A DNA stretch of 64,000 nucleotides, from contig RFFQ01000095.1 of NCBI GenBank assembly GCA_003697105.1, positions 3,388 to 67,387 of the forward strand, written 5' to 3'. Below, in pieces: positions 38,496 to 48,775 of the stretch. Positions within the stretch are counted from its first letter, which is position 1. The number at the start of each line of letters is the position of its first letter. Both the position numbers and the translations under genes were made by a program. The notes beneath the pieces are model-generated. The model ran no database searches. It had not been told where the DNA came from and saw nothing but the letters and a program-made list of their open reading frames with translations. The DNA is from Gemmatimonadota bacterium. Lineage in GTDB: Bacteria > 4572-55 > J002.

Positions 38496-38984
38496 TTAAC
38501 CGGATTTCTGCTGATCGGTCATAACTCCTTGTTGAATATACATTTCGACTAAGCGATTGGTGTCATCTTGTTTTTTCACGAGTACCCGGAAAATTTCAAA
38601 CGATAACTCTGGATATTCCCGGATGATTTCCCGAAATTCATCTTTCGGAATGGCAAGGGTCCGCACATCGGTGTTTGCTTTCACCGTCGCGTTTCGGGTA
38701 TGGTCGGTGATGGTTGCCATCTCTCCGAAAATACCGCCTTCCCCGCCTTTGACCGTGGTGATGTACACTTGTTTTCCTTCTTCATTTTCCTTAAAAATAT
38801 CCACATCACCATCAACGATAATATACATTTTATCCCCGAGGTCACCTTGTTCGATGATGGTTTCGCCTTGCAAAAATTCTTCTTCCACACAAATCTGGCT
38901 GATAATTCGTAGCTGTTCGCTGGTCATTCCTTCAAAAAGTGGAACTTTATTCAGGAACAGAATTTTCTCCATCGTCGATAGCAT
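38496..38984 (-). CDS. Stand-alone cyclic-nucleotide-binding domain protein
   Basis: cNMP-binding fold: 'GDKMYIIVDGDV' and 'GGIFGEMATITDHTRNATVKANTDVRTLAI'. No DNA-binding domain. Confidence 0.8.
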   Translation of the reverse strand: MLSTMEKILFLNKVPLFEGMTSEQLRIISQICVEEEFLQGETIIEQGDLGDKMYIIVDGDVDIFKENEEGKQVYITTVKGGEGGIFGEMATITDHTRNATVKANTDVRTLAIPKDEFREIIREYPELSFEIFRVLVKKQDDTNRLVEMYIQQGVMTDQQKSG

Positions 38985-38990
38985 AAAATC

Positions 38991-41969
38991 TTACATCTCC
39001 ACATTAGGCAACTGGGTCTGACTCAACTTATTACGAGCTTCTTCCGCTGCTTCCTGAACAAACCGGTCCTCTGTAGTTTGGGCGTTTTGTATCCAAGGGA
39101 AGAACACCTCGGCTTTAAGCTCACCGACGGCATAAATTGCACAAGCCTGAATCCAAGTATCTGAGCTTTCAAGACATTCTCGAATCACATCTTCATATGA
39201 AGATGGAAACGAAATTCCCCACTGATGTACCGCTATTTCCCGGCAATCTTGAATGCGGGTGCCATCTAGCAGGGGCACAAATAACCGCTTGATTATTTTT
39301 GGCTCCACAGAGTCCAGTGCTTCTACGGCGGTTGCCCGGATACGCTCGTTCGTACTTTTGAGTTTCTGATCAATTATGTCAAGTTGATGCTTCTTGTTAT
39401 CTAAAACTCCCAAGGAAAGCAACATCAGGGTTTGAAATTCGTTACAGCGTTCTAACAAGACTTTTCGCAACAACGTTGTGGCGTGGTTGACTGCTGGTGT
39501 AGCTGTGAGAATATCAATTGCTGAGCGGTATTGATAACATTGCTTCAGGGTTTGTTCGATAAATTCCAAAACCCGTACTTTGCGACTTGACGATTTCACA
39601 TCACGTAGCGCCCGTAACGCATTTTCTCGCATACGAAACGTTGCGTGCGGATTAAATGCCACCTCAAGTAACGCATTTGTGGCGGGTTTCCCGATTTGAT
39701 GTAACGCAATAATCGCTGCTTTTCGAACCCGATGGTAAGGGTCATCTAATCGGGCAATTAATGGTTTGATGGCTTCCGGACGGTTTGTTCTGCCGAGTGT
39801 TCGAGCAGCGCACTGCCGGATCCGGTCATCTTTAGCCTCAAGTGCTTTGAGCATTGACTGGGTAGCAACCACGCTGTGTACGGCGGCTAAATTTTCGACC
39901 GCTAATGCGGCTTGATAGCGTACTTCTTTATCGTCATCCTCCAGCATCAATTTGGAGAGCAAAATAATATAACGGGGATCGTTCAAGTTGCGATACGCTA
40001 CCACGGCAACAAGCCGTTCTTTTGCTAGCGGGGAAAAGAACAACTCTGTTAAAATGTCAAAACCCGCTTCTGCATATTTAGGAACATGGGTGCGAACCAG
40101 AGCTGTTGCCGCAATTGACCGAACTTGAGCGTCGTCATCTGTAATGAGGGGCTGAAGAGCGGCGGCAATTTCATCTACGGAAGCTATCCATGGTCGAGTT
40201 AATGTTTCTGCCGCAGCGCGTTGAATTTGCGGTGCCCGGTGTCCTAGGTTCTCTAATACAATCGGTTTTGCCCGTTTATCTTCTAAATCCCCCATTGCTT
40301 CCAAAATTCCAGCTTGTACGGGAACGGATACGTTGGGGAAGACTTCCACAAAGGTGTCAAAAACTTCTGGATGCCCTTTACCAACGCGCCCCAAAATCCG
40401 AGCGGCATGGACGGCAATTTCGTCATCTGTGTTTCTCAATTGCTGGAACATCGGGCGTAAGGTTTCGGCATCAATTCGCCCAAAATCTTTCGCGGCAAGG
40501 GCGGTTAAATCCACATCTTTTTCACGGAGTAATTTGATAACCGATTGCACATAGGCATCTTTTTGCTTGTAACTTAAATAAATGTAAATGAGACCTAACA
40601 GAGTGCTTATTACTCCCAGCAATTTTAACACACCAGAAATCCCGAAAAACTCCCGGTTGTAGTCAAAGAACATAATCAAAAAACCGGCAAGGATCGTGCC
40701 CACCGGTGAGATGAAACCGACAGCAAACGCACGGGCTCGCCCCCGTATCCGGCGAGGAACGCAGTTGTAAAGCAACTCCGTTGTGGGCTTTTTAAGTGAC
40801 TTTTTGAGGGACTCCCGGACAAAACGAGCAACGATTGCACTTCCATAGCTCATATTGGTGAACACCAAACTTGCCGCCGCCACTGTGGTGACGATGGGAT
40901 AAGCTAAGTTGGCCAGCCCGACACCCAGCCGGTCGATCAACTGGCGACCGATAACCAAGGGGATGAAAAGGGAAATCAAACCCGCTACTAATTTAAACCC
41001 TCCAAAGAACGCAATCAAATTGGCGGTATCCACTTTTTCTGCCTGAAAAACTCCGCTATATTCATAGCGCAAGAGTTGCAACAGAATCACCATCACCAAC
41101 GTTGTGCCCAACGTGTATTGCATGAATGTTGAACTTTTGGTAAAAACAACAATTTGGCGGATGTTTTCAAGAGTGGGGGCTTTTTGCTTTTGAACCTGAT
41201 GGCGGCGGGTAATGTCGGACTCATGATCCGCTAAAGCATGGGGATATAAATGCTGGATCCAATAGACCACAACAATCCCGATTCCACACAATCCGATGCT
41301 TAAAAACATCAATTCTTTCGCATCCAGAATGTTCTGCCATAATAAAAACGCCGCTAGGATTGAACCGGTAATCTCAATGGAGGCAATCAGGGACACCAGT
41401 CGTTTGTACTCCAAGATATTATACAAACCCGTTAGATATACCGGTAAGTGGGTGTTAATAATCATTAACGTGACATAGCTGAGCGCATTTAAAAAGAGAA
41501 AATAAGCAATCGGGATAACAGACTGCCAACTGGTTCCGAATTTCAGATAATCCTGATTTTCAAAGAGCTGACCCGCGGTCTCTCGCGGAGATACCTGTTC
41601 CGTAAGGGGGATGACCCGGGAGATTTCGGGAATAAAAATCGTTAAGATCAGAAATGTAGCGCTTATTGCCACTAGAAAATGGATGAGCAATTTATCGGCA
41701 GGAATTCGGTCGGCGAAGGTTGCATAAAGCAACGAAACCAAAATTCGCAACCCCCCGCTGATCAGAAACATCAGGGATAGATTGCTGAGATCGAGGTGTC
41801 CCAAAAATAAGGCTTCCGTTGTTGGATCCAAAATTGCCATTGACATGCCTAACACAAATTGGAGAAGCAATACCAATGACAACTTGCCCCATTCCCCGGG
41901 GCGTACACTCAGAAAGTGCCCAACAACGGAGGCGAAACGACGTAATCGTTCACGGATTCCTGCGCTCAT
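38991..41969 (-). CDS. Fusion of a 12-TM permease (nucleotide-transporter/TLC- or MFS-like) with a C-terminal HEAT (PBS-lyase-type) repeat array
   Basis: About 430 aa of TM helices. Then at least 8 HEAT-like repeats ('DDDAQVRSIAATALV', 'DDDKEVRYQAALAVENL', 'DPYHRVRKAAIIALHQIG'). The start was taken at the ATG at 41969, since the track's TTG at 41993 sits inside the -10. Confidence 0.6.
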   Translation of the reverse strand: MSAGIRERLRRFASVVGHFLSVRPGEWGKLSLVLLLQFVLGMSMAILDPTTEALFLGHLDLSNLSLMFLISGGLRILVSLLYATFADRIPADKLLIHFLVAISATFLILTIFIPEISRVIPLTEQVSPRETAGQLFENQDYLKFGTSWQSVIPIAYFLFLNALSYVTLMIINTHLPVYLTGLYNILEYKRLVSLIASIEITGSILAAFLLWQNILDAKELMFLSIGLCGIGIVVVYWIQHLYPHALADHESDITRRHQVQKQKAPTLENIRQIVVFTKSSTFMQYTLGTTLVMVILLQLLRYEYSGVFQAEKVDTANLIAFFGGFKLVAGLISLFIPLVIGRQLIDRLGVGLANLAYPIVTTVAAASLVFTNMSYGSAIVARFVRESLKKSLKKPTTELLYNCVPRRIRGRARAFAVGFISPVGTILAGFLIMFFDYNREFFGISGVLKLLGVISTLLGLIYIYLSYKQKDAYVQSVIKLLREKDVDLTALAAKDFGRIDAETLRPMFQQLRNTDDEIAVHAARILGRVGKGHPEVFDTFVEVFPNVSVPVQAGILEAMGDLEDKRAKPIVLENLGHRAPQIQRAAAETLTRPWIASVDEIAAALQPLITDDDAQVRSIAATALVRTHVPKYAEAGFDILTELFFSPLAKERLVAVVAYRNLNDPRYIILLSKLMLEDDDKEVRYQAALAVENLAAVHSVVATQSMLKALEAKDDRIRQCAARTLGRTNRPEAIKPLIARLDDPYHRVRKAAIIALHQIGKPATNALLEVAFNPHATFRMRENALRALRDVKSSSRKVRVLEFIEQTLKQCYQYRSAIDILTATPAVNHATTLLRKVLLERCNEFQTLMLLSLGVLDNKKHQLDIIDQKLKSTNERIRATAVEALDSVEPKIIKRLFVPLLDGTRIQDCREIAVHQWGISFPSSYEDVIRECLESSDTWIQACAIYAVGELKAEVFFPWIQNAQTTEDRFVQEAAEEARNKLSQTQLPNVEM

Positions 41970-41992
41970 AAAGGTAGGTCTAGTGCGGGACA

Positions 41993-42021
41993 ATCATACT
42001 ATACATCGGAAATGTTGTCAA
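41993..42021 (-). promoter_or_regulatory. Sigma70-type promoter for the permease-HEAT gene
   Basis: Minus strand: TTGACA (42021-42016), 17 nt, TATGAT (41998-41993). Confidence 0.45.
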
Positions 42022-42028
42022 TCTTTTT

Positions 42029-43399
42029 TTATTTTAAGACCGCGTCCAGGGCTTCCCAAACATAATGGATACCCACCAGTTGAATTTGATAGCTCGTCAC
42101 TTCCAAAGCCTTCAAATTATTTTGGGGGATCACCGCCTGTTGGAAGCCAAGCTTTTCGGCTTCTTTCAAGCGTTTATCCATGTGGGTAACCGTGCGAATT
42201 TCACCCCCCAAGCCAACTTCTCCGATCAATACCGACCCCTCTGCAAGCACCTGATTTTTGAAGCTAGAGGTAATCGCACACGCGGTTCCTAAATCTACCG
42301 CCGGTTCGTCGAGTTTAACCCCGCCGGCGACATTAATAAACACGTCGTCACGTGAAATATGTAAACCTAATCGTTTTTCCAATACGGCGAGCAACATAGC
42401 CAAACGGCGGCTGTCAATCCCGGTGGACACCCGTTGGGGAACACCATATCCACTGGAACTTACCAGTGCCTGAATTTCGACGAGCAGCGGGCGTGAGCCT
42501 TCTAAACTGCACACCACCGCGGAACCGGGCGTCTGCACCGAGCGCTCCGAAAGGAATATTTCCGAAGGATTTGTTACTTCCTGTAATCCATCCGCTTGCA
42601 TTTGAAAAATGCCGATTTCATTGGTACTCCCGAAGCGATTTTTCACGGCACGTAAAATCCGGTAGGTGTGATGCCGTTCTCCCTCAAAATACAATACGGT
42701 ATCAACAATGTGTTCGAGCACCATGGGACCGGCAATGGCGCCGCTTTTGGTCACATGTCCAATGATAAAAATCGTGATGTTTGCTGTTTTTGCTAAGGTC
42801 ATTAAAAAGGAGGCACACTCCCGTACCTGACTCACACTGCCGGGAGCACTTTCCACCCGCTCTGTGTAAATGGCTTGAATACTATCAATAATCACCACTT
42901 GCGGTTGAAGATGGTCAATTTGACTGGCTATGGCTTCCAAAGAGGTTTCGGCTAAAACGTACACCTCTTGCGATGCGAGTTTAAGCCGTTGGGACCGCAG
43001 TTTTAACTGGTGGGCAGATTCTTCACCGGAGACATATAGCACCTTTACCTGCCGTGAAGAGAGTTCGCAACCGGCTTGCAACGCCAGCGTGGATTTTCCG
43101 ATGCCCGGACTTCCCCCAATGAGGGTCAAGGAACCAATGGTCATTCCACCGCCAAGCACTCGATCAAATTCGGTAATCTGCGTGTTCAAACGGCTTTCCT
43201 GAACGGAGGAAATCTCTTTGATCAACTGGGGTTTGCTCGTACGGCGTTTGGGATAACGTCCGGGCTGCCCACTAGCACCGGTACTAAGGACTTCCTCTAC
43301 CAGACTGTTCCAGGATTCGCAATTGGGACATTTCCCAAGCCAGCGGGGTGAGACATGCCCGCAGTTCTGGCACACATATTGGGTTTTGGTTTTTGCCAT
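42029..43399 (-). CDS. radA: DNA repair protein RadA/Sms
   Basis: Zinc ribbon 'CQNCGHVSPRWLGKCPNC', Walker A 'GGSPGIGKST', 'KNRFG' motif, and a Lon-like C-terminal domain. Confidence 0.95.
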   Translation of the reverse strand: MAKTKTQYVCQNCGHVSPRWLGKCPNCESWNSLVEEVLSTGASGQPGRYPKRRTSKPQLIKEISSVQESRLNTQITEFDRVLGGGMTIGSLTLIGGSPGIGKSTLALQAGCELSSRQVKVLYVSGEESAHQLKLRSQRLKLASQEVYVLAETSLEAIASQIDHLQPQVVIIDSIQAIYTERVESAPGSVSQVRECASFLMTLAKTANITIFIIGHVTKSGAIAGPMVLEHIVDTVLYFEGERHHTYRILRAVKNRFGSTNEIGIFQMQADGLQEVTNPSEIFLSERSVQTPGSAVVCSLEGSRPLLVEIQALVSSSGYGVPQRVSTGIDSRRLAMLLAVLEKRLGLHISRDDVFINVAGGVKLDEPAVDLGTACAITSSFKNQVLAEGSVLIGEVGLGGEIRTVTHMDKRLKEAEKLGFQQAVIPQNNLKALEVTSYQIQLVGIHYVWEALDAVLK

Positions 43400-43418
43400 G
43401 ATTCTTGAATGAAATAAG

Positions 43419-43456
43419 CAAGCGCAGGTTTTTCAACCGTGACTAACCTGCGCTTG
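43419..43456 (-). terminator. Hairpin/terminator downstream of the DUF2723 gene
   Basis: 12-bp stem (C)AAGCGCAGGTT(43419-30)/AACCTGCGCTT(G)(43445-56) with a 14-nt loop. The downstream tract on the minus strand is only moderately U-rich. Confidence 0.4.
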
Positions 43457-43491
43457 AGAAGAATTAGTGATGTCAGGTTCTATCCCATGCC

Positions 43492-46400
43492 CTATTGTGT
43501 TTTTTGAAGTTCCTGATCGATCAATTGCCGGTAACTCCGGACCAAGTTGTTGTTCGGGTCTCGTTCCTGCCAGCGATCCAATACCTCCTGAGCAAGTTGG
43601 AATTGACCCCCCTGCACTAAATTATTCAGAATATTTTGGTACAGTTGAACTTCGCCGGTTTGGGCAATCCCCTGTTCATAGGTTTGGATCATTTTGAGTG
43701 TATCGCCCACGTCCTTATAGGTTTCCGCCATGATGGCATAGCCCTGCGGATCGGTCGGGTGGGCTTCAACATATCCCTGAATGGCTCGGATCGCCTCCTC
43801 GTTCCGACCTAACCGAACCAGTACTTGAGCTTGCCCCTGATATGGCAAGATTTCGTCCGGTTCGCGTTGGGCATATTCCTGCCAGGCATTCAATGCTTTT
43901 TCATATTCACCCAATTCTTCGTAAGCGATACCGAGTCCTTGTAATAAGGGGGTAAATTGAGGGGTGACAATGGTCGCCATTTGGAACTGTTCTAGTACCC
44001 GATTTCGGTACTCTTGTTTTTTCGCCGGATCCGTTTCCCGATCCGCTAACGAGCGATAATGAGAGGCTAAACGAGAAAATCCGGCAGCATAATTGGAAGT
44101 CAATTTGGACGCATTTTCATCTTTATACACGCCGACGGCATGGCTCAACCGTCCTTCTGCCAGAAGTTGGCGGTAATCGGCGTCTTCATACGGGGATTCA
44201 TCCCCATCAATCGCTAACAATCCTCGATATTTGTAGGTTTCCCACATGTTTTCTTCCATCTTGACGGCATCCATTGATTTACGATTGACTTTATTTGCCG
44301 GATCAAGTTGGAATACCAAGCCTTCAATGCTCAGATAACCTTGTTGGTCAAAGTCCATCAGGTCGGCGACGGTTACCGCAAAATAGATTGGGCGGCGCCA
44401 CTTCAACTTCACTAAATCCTGATAGGCTTGTCCCAGTTGTTGTCGCTGGGATTCGGGAATCCGATCCACATCAATGTAGATACTTTCCTTTTCAATTGCC
44501 GGATTCCCAAACCGTTGCTCAAATTTCGGTAGGATGGTTTTCGCTGCCGGGTATTTCTGGAGAAAGGCATCATATTCTGCCGGATTAAGGAATGTCGCCA
44601 AACGGGCATTTTGCTCGATAATGTTATACACGGCTAAATCCTTGACGGTGACCACATCGGTGTTGGGGTCCCCCGGTACATTAACGGTCATACCGGCAAT
44701 TTTTTGGGGTGTCCGCTGTGGCACCCGGAACGGGTACAGCTTACCGGGCATATCTTCATAACTAAGTTCGCGCTCGGTGAACGAAATTGCTAAACCCCAT
44801 TCGTCCCGAAGTTGTTTGATATACCACTGGGTATTCAGCAAGCTCAAATTGGCGACCGTGACATCCCGTCGGATGTGCTTCACTTCTTGGATAAACCACA
44901 AGGGGAAGGTATCATTATCCCCATTGGTAAAGATGATGCCATTGGGATCACAAGATTCCAGCAAATTCAAACCGTAATCATGGGCGATGTATTCATTGGT
45001 ACGGTCGTGAGAGTGGAATTGCGTGTACATATTGCCCAATGGTAAGGCGATAAAGCCCATTCCCAGTAATCCGGTAACAAGGTATTTACCAATAGAAGCC
45101 GTCTTAAACCAGCGGGAGACCCAATACACAATACCGCCGGTACCTAGCCCCATCCAAATTGCCCAGATCATGTAACCGGGAGACCAAAAATAATCCCGAT
45201 CCCGAACTTCATGATCTGTCAAATTCATAAAAAAGACAAAACCCACCGTGGTGATGAACACCAGTAAAAACAGCAGAATAAAATGACGATAAGGGCGGAT
45301 AAATTGCGATACCCACGCCCCGCCGGCGATAATTAAAAATACAATTGCCGGACCGATGGCGGCTAATGCGAGTAGCGCAATAAATTGCGGTACCGTTCCG
45401 GTCACATTGGTCAAAATGGAGTTGAACAGAAGGTTGTTAAATGGATTTGGATTCGGCGTGCCCCATAAAATCAAAAGAAAAATACCGTACAGAAAATAGC
45501 GCCGGCTACTGAATACCCGCACGAGGTAATCATCAAACGAAAGATATGATTGCGGTCTGTCTTCGCGTTCTTTACCGGTGAACCAGTGGACTAACCCCCC
45601 CAGAAGCCCAATAAATAACACCAAAAAGCCGTACACCGATTTGACCGTCTCTAAAAGTGCCCCTTTTAGTTGGGGATACCAATATTGCAGTTGTTCAAAA
45701 TTAAGGTATTGCCATGAATGGTATTTAATATAATCCCGGAATTGAATGGCAAAAGGCGCGGATCGTTCAAACAAGCGGTACGGGCGATACTGCTTTCGTT
45801 GAATATACTCCCCAAACATATACAGATTGTACGGGTCTGCCTCATCAATCCCCGGGTTGACCTGCGTCCGCACAATCAAATACAGATGAATGCTGTAACC
45901 CAAGGTAGCAAAGACCAGTAGCAAAAACCAAAGTTTTGTGTCCAGTAATGTCCGGTAATCACTAATCAGGATAAAGATGATCAACGCGGGTATGATGAGT
46001 ACCGCAGTTTGGTGGATACCAAAAGCAAGGGCGAATAAATAAACAATCAAGAGGATATGCATGTGATGCCATTTGTTCTTGATCTGGTCGCCCCAATATA
46101 GCACGTACCAGCAGATGAGCGCCATGAAAAAGACCAAGGGTCCATAGACCTCGGCTTCAATCGCGTTTGTCCAAATCGTAAAGGAAAAGGCATAAAAGAA
46201 GGCGGCGGAAATCCCGGCAACATAGCGGGGGATATCTTCAAGGATAGTACTGCCCCCCCAATTTTTGGTAAACCGGAACGTCATTAAAAAGATTAACATC
46301 ACGGAAAAAGCAGTCGATAGGGCTGACATGAAATTCACCCGCCACGCTACTTCTTCTCCGTAGGGGATCATCGAAAATAACCGGCCAATCAATACGTACA

Positions 46401-46572
46401 GTGGGTTGCCCGGTGGATGCGGGATTCCTAAAATGTATGCACAAGCAATATACTCCCCAGAATCCCAAAAGGAGGTTGTCGGGGCAAGCGTTATCGTGTA
46501 GATTGCCAAAGTAAATAAAAATACAAACAAAACAGCTATCCAATGGGGATATTGCTTCACATTGCCAGCCAT
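43492..46572 (-). CDS. DUF2723 / TMEM260-like membrane glycosyltransferase (PMT-like GT-C fold) with C-terminal TPR repeats
   Basis: N-terminal 'LAPTTSFWDSGEYIACAYILGIPHPPGNPLY' is the DUF2723 signature. There are many TM helices and C-terminal TPRs. Confidence 0.75.
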   Translation of the reverse strand: MAGNVKQYPHWIAVLFVFLFTLAIYTITLAPTTSFWDSGEYIACAYILGIPHPPGNPLYVLIGRLFSMIPYGEEVAWRVNFMSALSTAFSVMLIFLMTFRFTKNWGGSTILEDIPRYVAGISAAFFYAFSFTIWTNAIEAEVYGPLVFFMALICWYVLYWGDQIKNKWHHMHILLIVYLFALAFGIHQTAVLIIPALIIFILISDYRTLLDTKLWFLLLVFATLGYSIHLYLIVRTQVNPGIDEADPYNLYMFGEYIQRKQYRPYRLFERSAPFAIQFRDYIKYHSWQYLNFEQLQYWYPQLKGALLETVKSVYGFLVLFIGLLGGLVHWFTGKEREDRPQSYLSFDDYLVRVFSSRRYFLYGIFLLILWGTPNPNPFNNLLFNSILTNVTGTVPQFIALLALAAIGPAIVFLIIAGGAWVSQFIRPYRHFILLFLLVFITTVGFVFFMNLTDHEVRDRDYFWSPGYMIWAIWMGLGTGGIVYWVSRWFKTASIGKYLVTGLLGMGFIALPLGNMYTQFHSHDRTNEYIAHDYGLNLLESCDPNGIIFTNGDNDTFPLWFIQEVKHIRRDVTVANLSLLNTQWYIKQLRDEWGLAISFTERELSYEDMPGKLYPFRVPQRTPQKIAGMTVNVPGDPNTDVVTVKDLAVYNIIEQNARLATFLNPAEYDAFLQKYPAAKTILPKFEQRFGNPAIEKESIYIDVDRIPESQRQQLGQAYQDLVKLKWRRPIYFAVTVADLMDFDQQGYLSIEGLVFQLDPANKVNRKSMDAVKMEENMWETYKYRGLLAIDGDESPYEDADYRQLLAEGRLSHAVGVYKDENASKLTSNYAAGFSRLASHYRSLADRETDPAKKQEYRNRVLEQFQMATIVTPQFTPLLQGLGIAYEELGEYEKALNAWQEYAQREPDEILPYQGQAQVLVRLGRNEEAIRAIQGYVEAHPTDPQGYAIMAETYKDVGDTLKMIQTYEQGIAQTGEVQLYQNILNNLVQGGQFQLAQEVLDRWQERDPNNNLVRSYRQLIDQELQKTQ

Positions 46573-46644
46573 AAGTACTCCTTAAATGTCAGTTGAATTT
46601 GAAAAACAGTGACCTGTTGTGGACTCTAAACTCTAAGCGGTCCC

Positions 46645-47355
46645 TCAGGATTTCTGACACACATATAACAATCCCAGAGCGAATAGGGTGGGTAGCCGTT
46701 GAGGTATTTTAAGAGCATTCACCAGATCACCCAAAAATTGTACCTTTTTCCACGAGGTTTCACTGAACTTTTGCGGAAAATAAAAATAGCGCTGCGTGAC
46801 TTTGAACGATGCCTGATCCAGCAACGTTTCTAATGTCGATTTTGAAAATAGGCGAATGTGTTCCGAAAACAGGGCATTTGTTCGGTGCGCCACATCCATC
46901 ACATCCACAAATTCACCCCGCAAAAAATGGATGCGATTAAATAGATTCAATATATTGGGTACACAGACGATGAATGTCCCCTGCGGAACTAATTTGGCGT
47001 GAATCTCTTTGGTTAATGCCAGGGGATCAAAAACATGTTCCAGAACATCCAAGCAGATGATGACATCAAAAAACTGGTCTGGGTAAGGTAATTCCATTTG
47101 GTTGGCATCGATAGCCGCCGTACGTATCCCTTTTTCGGCAGCGGCTTTCAAAGCAACTGTAGAAATATCCACACCATACGTTTCAAATCGATCCACAAAC
47201 GAAGCCGCGATAAACCCATTGCCACACCCGACATCTAACAGACGCTTGCCACTTAAAGGCAATCCTTCTACAATCGTTTTTTTCCAGACCAAATGCGGTG
47301 ATCCGGTTTGAATATGATCTTGCTCCCAATAATGCTCGTAATATTCGTCTGACAT
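46645..47355 (-). CDS. Class I SAM-dependent methyltransferase
   Basis: 'LLDVGCGNGFIAASF' motif I. Confidence 0.8.
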   Translation of the reverse strand: MSDEYYEHYWEQDHIQTGSPHLVWKKTIVEGLPLSGKRLLDVGCGNGFIAASFVDRFETYGVDISTVALKAAAEKGIRTAAIDANQMELPYPDQFFDVIICLDVLEHVFDPLALTKEIHAKLVPQGTFIVCVPNILNLFNRIHFLRGEFVDVMDVAHRTNALFSEHIRLFSKSTLETLLDQASFKVTQRYFYFPQKFSETSWKKVQFLGDLVNALKIPQRLPTLFALGLLYVCQKS

Positions 47356-47538
47356 TTGGCGTTAATCGGGTTGAGGTGGTGTCAGGATCGTCGTCGCTGA
47401 TTTGATGAACCTTCCGCTGAAGACATCTTGTCGCTAAAAGAAAAATCGAACTTAATGTTTCTCTAGTTTGATGTCAATGGAAAATCGGTTCGGCTGCCGG
47501 GAAGCGTTTTTCCATTTAACCGGTTGGTATGCAATGGA

Positions 47539-48546
47539 TTACCCGGTAATCGTCTCTTCTTTAATCGGACGGATCAGCTCGGTTAGTTGGATCCCGATAG
47601 AACTCAACGCAATTACTCCCCATAAGGCGACCAGAAAACCGGTGATCACATGAGCAAAGGCGGTCACCGCGCCGACTAAGTTTTCATCGAGTCCTAAACT
47701 AACGCTAAAAATGAACAAAATCACCAGTTCGGCGCTACCAATCTGAGCCGGAGGACTCGGTAAAATGTAGGATAAGGTGACAAGCGTGTAACCAAATAAC
47801 GCGAGGGAAAACGCTAAATTATAGCCAAATGCTAAAAAGAGAATCTTAAAAAATAATGCTTCCAGAATAACGGCGCAAAACGTCAACACGACGAGTAACA
47901 ACCATTTGAGCGGCGTTTGGGTCATCAACCCGACTGCCACCACAAAACGATCAATAAAATCAAATATGTTGTCCTTAAATCGAGGTGGTAACCAGAAAAA
48001 TATCTTTTTCAATACGTCAATCACGAATTTCTCGTTTTTGACGGACAGGACTAAAATCGCAACCGCCGCCCACAGGATAATTACCAGAATTCCACACAGG
48101 ATCAGTAGTTCCGGGCGGACATGAACCGCTACAAAAGGCAACATCCCCCACACCAGTAAAATGGGCACTAAATCAAATGCCTTGTTAAGTAAAATCGTCG
48201 GGAGTGATTTTGAAATCGGTGTCTCTTTTAGCCGTTTCAAAAATACACTTTTGGCAACCTCACCCGCACGAATCGGGAGCAAATAATTGATGAACATCCC
48301 ACTGAAAAAGAGGCTGGCAGTCTCCAGATACGAAATGCGCTGAACCGATTGTAAGATGAGCCACCAGCGCCATATCCGAAATAAGTAGGCGCTGAAATAA
48401 AATAGACAGGCAGACGCGGCAAGCAACAAATTGATGCGTTTGAGATAGTAAGACATGGCGTCCATCTCGACAAAAAAGGCAAACCAGATGCCGATGAGCA
48501 CCATTCCGACAATCAGCCCCAGCGCAAAACGATAATTGGCATTCAT
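47539..48546 (-). CDS. Flippase-like UPF0104 (lysylphosphatidylglycerol-synthase TM-region) family membrane protein
   Basis: 'RIWRWWLIL...FINYLLPIRAGEVAKSVFLK' is the PF03706 signature. About 8 TM helices. Confidence 0.7.
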   Translation of the reverse strand: MNANYRFALGLIVGMVLIGIWFAFFVEMDAMSYYLKRINLLLAASACLFYFSAYLFRIWRWWLILQSVQRISYLETASLFFSGMFINYLLPIRAGEVAKSVFLKRLKETPISKSLPTILLNKAFDLVPILLVWGMLPFVAVHVRPELLILCGILVIILWAAVAILVLSVKNEKFVIDVLKKIFFWLPPRFKDNIFDFIDRFVVAVGLMTQTPLKWLLLVVLTFCAVILEALFFKILFLAFGYNLAFSLALFGYTLVTLSYILPSPPAQIGSAELVILFIFSVSLGLDENLVGAVTAFAHVITGFLVALWGVIALSSIGIQLTELIRPIKEETITG

Positions 48547-48656
48547 AAATTGTATCAGATCGGGTGGATAAAATGAGGTGATGCAGGTTGTTATTGATGT
48601 TTATTTGTATGTGTTGAAGTCGCCCGAAAGTAATATCCCTCTCTAAACCTGTCAAC

Positions 48657-48748
48657 AAAAAAGAACTGGGTAGGGTCTTGTACCCCTACCCGGAGTGGGT
48701 TCACAAGAAAAACCGGCAATTACCATCTTTTGGTAATTACCGGTTTTC
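48657..48748 (-). terminator. Tandem intrinsic terminators downstream of the cyclase-homology gene
   Basis: Hairpin CCGGCAATTACCA(48713-25)/TGGTAATTACCGG(48731-43), flanked by A5 and T4. A second hairpin GGGTAGGG(48668-75)/CCCTACCC(48684-91), with A-tract 48657-48663 giving a minus-strand U-tract. Confidence 0.55.
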
Positions 48749-48775
48749 CAAATAGTTGTTTGGTACACTAGAAAC

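Noticed and set aside
47537-47551. Perfect 15-bp palindrome GATTACCCGGTAATC overlapping the stop codon of the flippase-like gene
   Set aside because: It is a single occurrence with no partner site and no adjacent regulator gene. It cannot be distinguished from chance.
48650-48663. Motif TGTCAACAAAAAA(G) recurring at 48650 and 50873, which reads T-tract+TTGACA on the minus strand
   Set aside because: There is no matching -10 at the proper spacing downstream of either copy. It is most simply an overlap of a terminator U-tract with a chance TTGACA.
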